From contig JBMNHG010000008.1 in assembly GCA_050950285.1 (NCBI GenBank), forward strand, positions 310,001 through 374,000: a DNA stretch of 64,000 bases. Reading direction: 5' to 3'. The notes below the pieces were generated by a model. It made no database searches. It was not told where the DNA came from and worked only from the letters and a program-made list of their open reading frames with translations. The position numbers and the translations under genes are program-made. Below are positions 55,841 to 64,000 of the stretch, in pieces. The stretch is from Kiritimatiellia bacterium (lineage in GTDB: Bacteria > Verrucomicrobiota > Kiritimatiellia > RFP12 > JBMNHG01). Positions within the stretch are counted from its first letter, which is position 1, and each line of letters starts with the position of its first letter.

Positions 55841-58800
55841 AACGGGGTGACGGTGCTCGATCCCTACATCAGCGGGGCGCGGCTGGTGTGGTCGGAGACC
55901 GAGCCGATCCCGGCCAACAGCAGTGTCGACTTCACCTTCCAGACGCGGGCGCTGTTCGCGGGTATCACCACCAACAGCGTGATAGCCTACGTGGGCGGCA
56001 CCAGCACGATCATCGACACCACCCTGGGCACGGGCGACAATGTGCCGGGCCAGGTGGTCGTGCGCACGCTGCTGCCGCCCACGGCGGTCGACGACAACAT
56101 CTCGCTGGCGGAGGACAGCGTCTGGAGCCGTCCCGCGCCGGGGGTGCTGAACAACGACAGCGACCTGAACGGCTTCGACATCGCCGTGGTCGCCCACACC
56201 CAGCCCGCGCACGGGACGCTCGTGCTGAATGCCGACGGCTCCTACACCTATACGCCCGCGCAGGATTACTACGGCAGCGACAGCTTCACCTACACGATCA
56301 CGAACTACAACGGACGCACGGACGCCGCCACGGTATACCTGACGGTGTTGCCGGTAAACGACGCGCCCAGTTTCACGGGAGGTGCCGACCAGTACCTGAC
56401 GGTGGGCGCCGGCGCGCAAAGCGTGTCCGCATGGGCCACGGAGATCAGCAAGGGCCCGACGAATGAAAACTGGCAGTCGCTGGCCTTCAACGTGACCAAC
56501 GACAACGCCACGCTCTTCTCCGTGCAGCCGGCCCTGTCCGCCGACGGCACGCTGACCTACACGCCCGCGCCGGGCATGAGCGGCATCGCCACCGTCACGG
56601 TCTACCTGCAGGATGACGGCGGCCGGGCCAACGGCGGCGAGGATCGCAGCGCCGCGTACACCTTCACGATCAACGTGAGCGGCTACAGCATCGGCAACCG
56701 CGTCTTCAAGGACCTGAACAACGATGGAGTCCACGACTTCACCGACGGCGGCATCGCGGGGGTGCGCATGGCGCTCTTCGCCGAGGCGGACGGACTGCCC
56801 ACCGGCCAGGCCCTGCAGACCACGCTCACGGACGCGGAAGGCTTCTACCGCTTCGACCATCTGGCGGCAGGCACCTATGTGGTGGTGGCGGACGTTGCGG
56901 AATCACCTTCGCTGGCCGGCTTCGTCAGCAGCACGGGGCACTACAGCAGTCTGGCGCTGGACGGCGACCTGCGTGACCACGGCAAGGACACACCCGTCTC
57001 CGTCGGCGGCATCGTGGGCGGCATCGCGAGCGTCCCCGTAACCGTAGGCGAGAACCTGCAGCCCCTGGACGAGCTGGTCAACGTGAACCTCGCCGCCGGA
57101 CGGCACGGCCCCTGCGGCGATGCCTACGACAACCTGGTGGTGGACTTCGGCTTCACGCCGCTCTACAGCATCGGCAACCGCGTCTTTGCCGACGACGACT
57201 ACGACATGTACCAAGACGACAACGAGGCCGGCCTGCAAGGTTTTCCGCTTTATGTTTTCGCAGCGGACGCAGAGGGGCGTCCCACGGGCGAACCGCTGGC
57301 CTACGCCGTCTCGGACGCCGGTGGCTGGTACCGGCTGGACGGCCTGGTCGTAGGCACCTACGTGGTGGTGCTGGACCGCGAGGCGGCCGTCGCCGCGAAT
57401 CCGGCTCTCAAGGTCTACACCAGCTCGATCGGCACCAGCGATGACATGACGATAGATGGCGACCGCACGGATCACGGCTGGTACCACCCCCGCACCAACA
57501 TCGGGCCGGTCACCAACGGCTACGCCTCATCACCGGTCACGCTCGGCCCCGGCAGGCAGCCGGTCGGTGAGCAGGCCGGCGGGGCCGACGGAGCCGGCGC
57601 GCACTCCCCCTACGGCGACGACCGCGACAACCTCGTGGTGGACTTCGGTCTGGTGCGCACCTACTGCATCGGCAACCGCATCTTCCTGGACGACGGCTCC
57701 GGCGGCGGCACCGCCAACAACGGCATCCAGGACGGCACCGAGCCCGGCATCCCGAACGCGGCGGTACGCGTCTTCGCGGCGGATGCCGACGGCAATCCCA
57801 CCGGCGACGCGCTGGTGATCGGCACCGACCGCCTGACCGCCGCGCTCAGCGATCCCGACGGCTGGTACCGCCTCTTCCGCCTGGCGCCGGGCAACTACGT
57901 GGTGGTGGTGGACGTGGGCCTCTCCACCAACCTGACCGGCTTCGTCTTCAAGGACGGCTCGACGTGGGTGGATCCCACCGCCACCTCCACCAGCCTGGTC
58001 GGGATGGTCAGCAGCACGGGATACAGCAGCGACCTGACGCTGAGTGGCGACCGGCGCGACCACGGCAAGGATGAGCCGTTCAGCCTGGGGGTTGTGAAAT
58101 ACGGCATCGCAGGCCCCGCGATCAGGCTGGGGCCGGGGTTGCAGCCCCTGGGCGAGCAGACCAACTCGGTGACTGGCCCATCGGCGCACGCGCCCACCGG
58201 CGATGAATACGACAACCTCGTGATGGACTTCGGTTTTGCGCCGACCTTCAGCATCGGCAACCGCGTCTTCCGCGACAACGGCGCGGGCGGTGGCACCGCC
58301 GGCAACGGCAGGCGCGACGGCGACGAGCCGGGCATCCCCGGAGTGCTGGTCGAGGTGCGCGCCAACGGCACGACCCTGGCCTCGACCGTGACGGATGCCA
58401 ATGGCTACTACCGTTTCGACAACCTGCTGTCGGGACAGTACACGGTCTTCCTGCCGCCCTCGAACTTCGCGCTGTCCGGCGCTCTGGCCGGCATGCTCAG
58501 CTCGACCAACACGGTCGCCGGTGAGAATGGCGACAAGGGCGTTGACAACAACTTCCCGGCCGTGAACGGCATCGGGAGCGGTGTGATCACGCTCGGTTTC
58601 GAGGCGCAACCCACCGGCGAGACCGACACCGGCACCGGCGCGGGCGCCAACAGCCCCTTCGGCGACAAATATGATGATCTCACCATCGACTTCGGCCTGA
58701 TCGAGCGCAACACCGTCAACTGCAGCGTCGGCTCGCTGGTGTGGAACGATGCCAACAACAACGGCCGCCACGATGCGGGCGAGAGCGGCATCGCGGGCGT

Positions 58801-60511
58801 GACACTCGAAATCTGGGCGGTGGATCTCAACGGCGACCCGATCGGCGGTACGCCGCTTAATACCACGACCTCGGACACCGACGGAACCTATCTCTTTGAC
58901 GATCTCGTACCCGGCGATTACCGCATCAGAATCCCGGCTGAGATGTTCGCTCCCGGCAAGCCGCTGGAGACCATCAACACCGCCAGCACGCTCCACTCCG
59001 CGGCGGACGACCAGACCGACAACGACAGCAACGGCACGCAGAGTGCCGCCGGCCAGGAGGTCTGGAGCCCTGCGTTCCATCTCCACCGCGGCGGCGAACC
59101 GGTGGACGGCGCGGGTGTGCCCAACGAGTTCGGGCCGGGCGCCACACAGGACAACCAATCGCCGCGGCTCGACGACAATGGCGACATGACCATGGACTTC
59201 GGCTTCTACGCGCCCACGCTGGCGCAGGCCAACCTGGTCAGTCTCGGCTCGCTGGTCTGGAACGACCTCGACAACAACGGCGCATGGGACAGCGGCGAGC
59301 CGGGCATTTCCGGCGTGACGCTGGAACTCTACATCACCAACGCTACTGGGCTGGTCTACTGGGGCACGACGCAGAGCGCCGCCGACGGCACCTACTTCTT
59401 CCGCGATCTGGTGGACAACACCAACTGGGTGGTGCGCATTCCCGCCTCGAACTTCGCGCCGGGCGGCGCGCTCTACGGCACACCGCTCAGCAGCGGTACG
59501 CCGGTAAGCGCCGACAACCAGACCGACGGCGACAACAACGCCCTGCAGCCCGGCGGCTTCGGTACGGAGGTGTGGAGTCCGGTGATCGCCCTCAAGGCCG
59601 GCACCGAGCCGACCAGCGCGGCCGGCGAGTCCGGCCCCGGCCACGACCAGGACAGCGCATCCCCCTATATAGACGCCAACGGCGACATGACGGTGGACTT
59701 CGGCTTCACCCCGGTCTATAGCCTCGGCAACCGCGTCTTCGCCGACCTCGACAACGATGGTCTGATGGATGCGGACGAGAGCGGCATCGGCGGCGTGCCG
59801 CTGCTGCTCTTCGCGGCGGACGCGGACGGAAATCCCACGGGCGACGCCCTGGCCACCACCGTGACCGACAGCGCGGGCTGGTACCGCTTCGACGACCTGA
59901 TTGCGGGCAGCTACGTGGTGGTGGCGGATGTCGCCAACGCCGCCGCGCTGGCGCACTGGGTCAGCAGCACGGGCGTGTCGGGCGACGTGTCGCTGGCCGG
60001 CGACGGCCGCGATCACGGGCGCGACACGCCGGTATCGGTGGGCACGGTGGCCGACGGCATCGCCAGTGTGGCAGTGACGCTCGGCCACGGCATGCAGGCC
60101 ACAGGCGAGGACACCGGCGAGGGTGCCGGGGCGCACAGCCCCCATGGCGATGCCCGTGACAACCTGACGCTGGACTTCGGCTTCACCCCGACCTACAGCC
60201 TCGGCAACTGGGTCTTCAGGGACAATGAGAACGACGGCATCTCCTGCCTGAAGACCAACTGCGCCTGCGGCGTCAGCAATGTCGTGATGCGGCTCTTCGC
60301 GGCGGACAGCACCGGCGCCCCGACAGGCTCCGTGGTGAGCACCGTGACCACGTGCGCCAAAGGCTATTACCGTTTTGACGGCATCTTGCCGGGCACCTAC
60401 GTGGTGGTGCTCGACAAGGCCAATGCGCCCGAGCTGGCGAATTACCGCAGCTCGACCGGCGTGACCGACCAGACCGGACTGGGCGCGGATCTGCGCGACA
60501 GCGGGCTTTGA
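55841..60511 (+). CDS. Largest intact segment of the SdrD-repeat gene (cadherin-like plus ~8 SdrD-B repeats)
   Basis: Coding part of ORF 55787-60511: PTAVDD..GVLNND..YTYTP..VNDAPSF, repeated YSIGNRVF.D. Confidence 0.7.
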   Translation, partial: NGVTVLDPYISGARLVWSETEPIPANSSVDFTFQTRALFAGITTNSVIAYVGGTSTIIDTTLGTGDNVPGQVVVRTLLPPTAVDDNISLAEDSVWSRPAPGVLNNDSDLNGFDIAVVAHTQPAHGTLVLNADGSYTYTPAQDYYGSDSFTYTITNYNGRTDAATVYLTVLPVNDAPSFTGGADQYLTVGAGAQSVSAWATEISKGPTNENWQSLAFNVTNDNATLFSVQPALSADGTLTYTPAPGMSGIATVTVYLQDDGGRANGGEDRSAAYTFTINVSGYSIGNRVFKDLNNDGVHDFTDGGIAGVRMALFAEADGLPTGQALQTTLTDAEGFYRFDHLAAGTYVVVADVAESPSLAGFVSSTGHYSSLALDGDLRDHGKDTPVSVGGIVGGIASVPVTVGENLQPLDELVNVNLAAGRHGPCGDAYDNLVVDFGFTPLYSIGNRVFADDDYDMYQDDNEAGLQGFPLYVFAADAEGRPTGEPLAYAVSDAGGWYRLDGLVVGTYVVVLDREAAVAANPALKVYTSSIGTSDDMTIDGDRTDHGWYHPRTNIGPVTNGYASSPVTLGPGRQPVGEQAGGADGAGAHSPYGDDRDNLVVDFGLVRTYCIGNRIFLDDGSGGGTANNGIQDGTEPGIPNAAVRVFAADADGNPTGDALVIGTDRLTAALSDPDGWYRLFRLAPGNYVVVVDVGLSTNLTGFVFKDGSTWVDPTATSTSLVGMVSSTGYSSDLTLSGDRRDHGKDEPFSLGVVKYGIAGPAIRLGPGLQPLGEQTNSVTGPSAHAPTGDEYDNLVMDFGFAPTFSIGNRVFRDNGAGGGTAGNGRRDGDEPGIPGVLVEVRANGTTLASTVTDANGYYRFDNLLSGQYTVFLPPSNFALSGALAGMLSSTNTVAGENGDKGVDNNFPAVNGIGSGVITLGFEAQPTGETDTGTGAGANSPFGDKYDDLTIDFGLIERNTVNCSVGSLVWNDANNNGRHDAGESGIAGVTLEIWAVDLNGDPIGGTPLNTTTSDTDGTYLFDDLVPGDYRIRIPAEMFAPGKPLETINTASTLHSAADDQTDNDSNGTQSAAGQEVWSPAFHLHRGGEPVDGAGVPNEFGPGATQDNQSPRLDDNGDMTMDFGFYAPTLAQANLVSLGSLVWNDLDNNGAWDSGEPGISGVTLELYITNATGLVYWGTTQSAADGTYFFRDLVDNTNWVVRIPASNFAPGGALYGTPLSSGTPVSADNQTDGDNNALQPGGFGTEVWSPVIALKAGTEPTSAAGESGPGHDQDSASPYIDANGDMTVDFGFTPVYSLGNRVFADLDNDGLMDADESGIGGVPLLLFAADADGNPTGDALATTVTDSAGWYRFDDLIAGSYVVVADVANAAALAHWVSSTGVSGDVSLAGDGRDHGRDTPVSVGTVADGIASVAVTLGHGMQATGEDTGEGAGAHSPHGDARDNLTLDFGFTPTYSLGNWVFRDNENDGISCLKTNCACGVSNVVMRLFAADSTGAPTGSVVSTVTTCAKGYYRFDGILPGTYVVVLDKANAPELANYRSSTGVTDQTGLGADLRDSGL

Positions 60512-61642
60512 CACGCCGCTGGGGGACGATTCGGTGGTGCCAGGCGGGATTGTCAGCCGGGCGGTGACCGTGGGCTACGGCCTGCAACCGCTGGCGCGAG
60601 GTGGAGGGAAGTGTCCCCTTGAGCAGCTACGGGCCGCTGGGCGACGCCTACGACGACCTGACGGTGGACTTCGGCTTCTATCCGCTCTACAGCCTCGGCA
60701 ACCGCGTCTTCTTCGACAACGGCGCGGATGGCGGCACGGCCAACGACGGCATCCAGAACGGCGGCGAACCCGGCATCTTCGGCGCAGCCATGCAGATCTT
60801 CGCGGCCGACAGCAGCGGCAATCCCACGGGCGATGCGCTGGCGAGCACGACCACGGACACGTTCGGCTGGTACCGTTTCGACGGACTGGAGGCCGGACGG
60901 TATGTGGTGGTGGTGGATGTCGCCAACTCGCCGGGCCTCGCTGGGAAGGTCAACAGCGCCGGGGTCTCCACCGACACCACACTTGCCGGGGACGGCATGG
61001 ATCACGGCTACGACACGCCGGTGAGCGTGGGCACGGTGGTCAACGGCATTGCCTCGGTCGCCGTGGAAGTGGGCATGAACGATATCGTGCTGCCGACCGG
61101 CGAGGCAGTCGGCGAGGAGGGTGCCGGAGCCAACGGCACCAATGGCGACGCGGCCGACAACCTGACGCTGGACTTCGGCTTCACGGCGGTCGCCGACGTG
61201 TCGGGCCGCGTATTCGAGGATGTGAACGCCAACGGCATCCTCGGCCCGGAGGATACGAACAGGCTCGCGGGCGTGACGGTCAACCTGACAACCCCCTGCG
61301 GAACGGTACTGAAGACGACCGTGACCGACAGCCTCGGCCGCTACGCGTTTACCGATTTGGCACCCGGCGACTACGCCGTCACGATCGTGGGCCTGCCCGG
61401 ATGGCACGCCACCGGCGATGCCGACGGCGGCACAGACCGGCGGGTGGCCGTGACGCTGGCCAGCGGCGAGAACAAGACCGGGGTGGATTTCCTCGAGGTG
61501 CGGTCCGGCATGATCGGGGGTGCCGTCTGGAACGACCTGGACGCCGACGGGGACTTCGACGAGGTGGACATGACGCTCGGCCTGGAGGGCGTGACCGTGT
61601 CGCTCGAGACCAATGGCGTGACGGTCGCCACGACCACGACCA

Positions 61643-63334
61643 TCGGCCGACGGACGGTACCTCTTCAGCAACGTCCTGCCGGGGAGCTACGACATCGTCC
61701 AGACCGACCTGCCCGGCTGGCACAGCACGACCAACAGCGCCGGCACGGCCGATCCCAACCGCATCGCGGTATCGCTGCCCAGCGGCGGGCGCTCGCTCGG
61801 CAACAACTTCCTGGACTACACCTGCGCCACCATCTCCGGCAGGGTGCTGGAGGACGCCAACGGCAACGGGCTGGCGGACTACGCGGATACGGTCGGCATC
61901 TCCGGCGCGACGGTGCGCCTGCTGGATGCCACCAACGGCGTGGTGGGCTCGGTGACGACGGTGGCCGGCGGCTCGTTCTCCTTCACCGGCCTGAAGCCCG
62001 GCACCTACACCCTGGTGGAGACCGACCCCGCCGGCCATGTCTCGACCAGCGCCAACCAGCTTGGCGTCACGGTCGCGTCCGGGCAGGTGTCGGACGGGCA
62101 CGTCTTCCTGGATGCGCGGCACGGCAGCATCGGCAGCCTTGTCTGGGAGGATCTGAACGGCAACGGCGTGCAGGATGCCGGTGAGCCGGGCATCTCGAAC
62201 GTGGTGGTGCGCCTGACCGATCTCGAGGGCACCTTGATCAGCACCAATGTCACGGATGCGGCAGGCGCCTACGCCTTCACGGACATACCGGCCGGCATCT
62301 ACTTCGTGCAGGTCCTGCATCCGGCGGGCTACACCAACACGCTCGCACGCGCCGGCACGGACGACACCACGGACAGCGACGGCGACGAGGCCGGCTGGAG
62401 CTGGCCGGTCCAGGTCGGGTCGGGCCAGAATCGCAACGATGTAGACTTCGGGCTCTACCGCCCGGCGCGGCTCTACGGCTATGCCTACCAGGATGCGGAC
62501 AATAGCCTGACGCACAACACGGGCGACGGGGCCGCCGACGGGATGCTCGTGCAGCTCTGGCAGGATGGCTTCGAGATCGCCTCGACCAATGCCGCCGCCG
62601 ATGGTTACTACGAGTTCGCCGGACTGGCACCGGGAACCTACACGGTGCGCTTTACCTGCGACACCTCGGCCCTGACCGCCATCCCCACGACTGGCAACGC
62701 CGCCACCGACCCCGCGCGCAACCGTGCGGTGGCGGTCGGGCCGGACACGGCCACAGCGACCTATCCGCTCTATTCGGGGCATGGCGTCGGCGACGACGAG
62801 GGCGAGCCGGTGAATGCCGGCTTCACCGGCACGGGCCCGTCGAATTCGGGCGTCGACCTCCAGGCCTTCCAGGGCGCGGACGGAGTGTATGTCGAGTTCG
62901 TGGCCTACGATGTCGAGGAGGACGGCGAAATCACGCTCTTCCTGCTCGACCCCGATGGCAATCCGGTCTGGTACGACTCGTGCGAGGCCAAGGCCGGCGG
63001 AGAGTGCATCTGCCGCTTCCGGGTGCCCGGGCTCGAAGTCGGCTGCGCCTACGACTTCGTGGTGCAAGACGAGGCCGACCAGTTCTGGGAGGCCTGTGGT
63101 GTCGAGGTGAAGCCCTTCTCCGCCGAGATGGTCCGCATGTCGCTGGCGGGCGTGACGCTGCGCTTCGAGAGCCTGCCGGAACGCGAGTACGCGATCCAGT
63201 GGACGCGACGCCTCGGGGATCCCTGGCAGACGGTGGCAAACAACGTGCCGTCGCAGGGCTACCGCACGACGGTCGTCGTGCCGCATCCCGACCGCACCTC
63301 GCCCACGGGCTTCTTCCGCGTTGTCCTGCGGTAG
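61643..63334 (+). CDS. C-terminal segment of the SdrD-repeat gene
   Basis: Frame of ORF 61844-63334 is open from ~61643 (SADGRYLFSNVLPG); ends PTGFFRVVLR. Confidence 0.7.
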   Translation, partial: SADGRYLFSNVLPGSYDIVQTDLPGWHSTTNSAGTADPNRIAVSLPSGGRSLGNNFLDYTCATISGRVLEDANGNGLADYADTVGISGATVRLLDATNGVVGSVTTVAGGSFSFTGLKPGTYTLVETDPAGHVSTSANQLGVTVASGQVSDGHVFLDARHGSIGSLVWEDLNGNGVQDAGEPGISNVVVRLTDLEGTLISTNVTDAAGAYAFTDIPAGIYFVQVLHPAGYTNTLARAGTDDTTDSDGDEAGWSWPVQVGSGQNRNDVDFGLYRPARLYGYAYQDADNSLTHNTGDGAADGMLVQLWQDGFEIASTNAAADGYYEFAGLAPGTYTVRFTCDTSALTAIPTTGNAATDPARNRAVAVGPDTATATYPLYSGHGVGDDEGEPVNAGFTGTGPSNSGVDLQAFQGADGVYVEFVAYDVEEDGEITLFLLDPDGNPVWYDSCEAKAGGECICRFRVPGLEVGCAYDFVVQDEADQFWEACGVEVKPFSAEMVRMSLAGVTLRFESLPEREYAIQWTRRLGDPWQTVANNVPSQGYRTTVVVPHPDRTSPTGFFRVVLR

Positions 63335-63378
63335 AGTTTCGCCGCGTCCTCGATGCCGAAGCCTCTTTCGACTGGCTT

Positions 63379-63423
63379 CGACTCCCTTCGACCCGACATC
63401 GACGCCGCTGTCGACGGGAGTCG
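63379..63423. terminator. Hairpin between convergent genes
   Basis: CGACTCCCTTCGAC...GTCGACGGGAGTCG; no clear U-tract. Confidence 0.35.
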
Positions 63424-63426
63424 CCG

Positions 63427-64000
63427 TCAGTCGCGGGGAGTCGATGGCAAGCCGCGGTCGATCTCGCGGTGCAGCAGGATGGCGCCCGCGCCGACCAGCA
63501 GGTAGCCGAACGACTCCAGCGCCTCCTGGACGATCGTCTTGCAGGGACGATATATGGCGTCATCCCCCATGAAAGACCAGAACAACGTCCCGCTGCCCAG
63601 GGTCCGGCTGAGGACGATCACGACGACCAGCCCGACCTGCACACAGACGAAGGAGCGCGTGCCGGCAAACTCCTCCGCCCCCGGCAGCAGCGTGCTCCGG
63701 ACGCGCAAGGCCCGGAGGATCGCCAGCAGCGCGGCCGCGCTGGCCAGCGGCGCCCATGCGCCATGGAACAGCAAATCATCCAGCAACAGATCCATCTCGC
63801 GGATGAGACAGCACAGGAAGAAGCCGGCGACCAGCCTGTAGAAGCCCCGCCCTTCCGGCCGGCGGCGCGCCGCATGGGCGAACAGCACGACCGAGACCAG
63901 CAGCACCAGCGCCTGGCCACACTCCGTCAACGAACGTTCCCCGAGATAGTTGCCGATGATGAACAGGTCGATGAACACCGTCAACGGCACCGACACGGTG
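63427..64000 (-). CDS. Multi-pass membrane hypothetical protein (5' end probably outside the window)
   Basis: Several hydrophobic helices; motifs E.SLTE..Q, IREMD..LD, K...QE..E..GY. Confidence 0.65.
   Translation of the reverse strand, partial: TVSVPLTVFIDLFIIGNYLGERSLTECGQALVLLVSVVLFAHAARRRPEGRGFYRLVAGFFLCCLIREMDLLLDDLLFHGAWAPLASAAALLAILRALRVRSTLLPGAEEFAGTRSFVCVQVGLVVVIVLSRTLGSGTLFWSFMGDDAIYRPCKTIVQEALESFGYLLVGAGAILLHREIDRGLPSTPRD

Larger units (their letters stand above)
54699..63334 (+). pseudogene. Giant secreted SdrD-B-repeat surface protein (~2,876 aa if repaired) with five +1 frameshifts; pseudogene or sequencing errors
   Basis: Signal peptide (..LLGGALPASA), DUF11-like and cadherin/Ig-like modules, ~14 (I/L)G..V(F/W).D....G..Y.F..L..G.Y repeats; frame steps +1 near 55645, 55839, 60504, 60595, 61642. 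Confidence 0.8.

Noticed and set aside
56680..62500. Recurring DNA repeats (GACTTCGGCTTC..GGCAACCGCGTCTTC) as a CRISPR or DGR
   Set aside because: They encode SdrD-B repeat boundaries ~300-600 bp apart; no spacer structure, cas or reverse transcriptase genes.

Overview
High-GC bacterial chromosome segment. Gene content (long GreA, cdaA-cdaR, RNase Y, many secreted beta-helix proteins) suggests a PVC-superphylum anaerobe such as Kiritimatiellae/Lentisphaerae; this taxonomy is inference. The backbone carries housekeeping genes (prfB with programmed +1 frameshift, yicC, rny, thiN, nadA, nadE, an RluA-family gene, greA-cdaA-cdaR-ftsK-rodZ-rimO, two tRNA-Val) mixed with carbohydrate genes (GH116, clan-D and clan-A glycosidases, PfkB, Gfo/Idh/MocA, two ThuA-like genes). 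Two blocks look compositionally different. Block 1 (~30.3-40.0 kb): an HUH/RAYT-type tyrosine transposase fused to a DprA/SLOG-like domain, with a covarying REP-like doublet in its 5' end, then three secreted beta-helix/esterase genes. Block 2 (~54.1-64 kb): a ~2,870-aa SdrD-B-repeat surface protein broken by five +1 frameshifts. Best candidates for something new: the RAYT-SLOG fusion with its REP doublet, a dispersed ~18-20 bp repeat (TCGCGGCGYGCCGTTTTT) at several gene ends, and short Arg-terminated C-terminal tails on the giant secreted proteins. No CRISPR array or rRNA seen. All calls come from motif reading only; no database searches were run.
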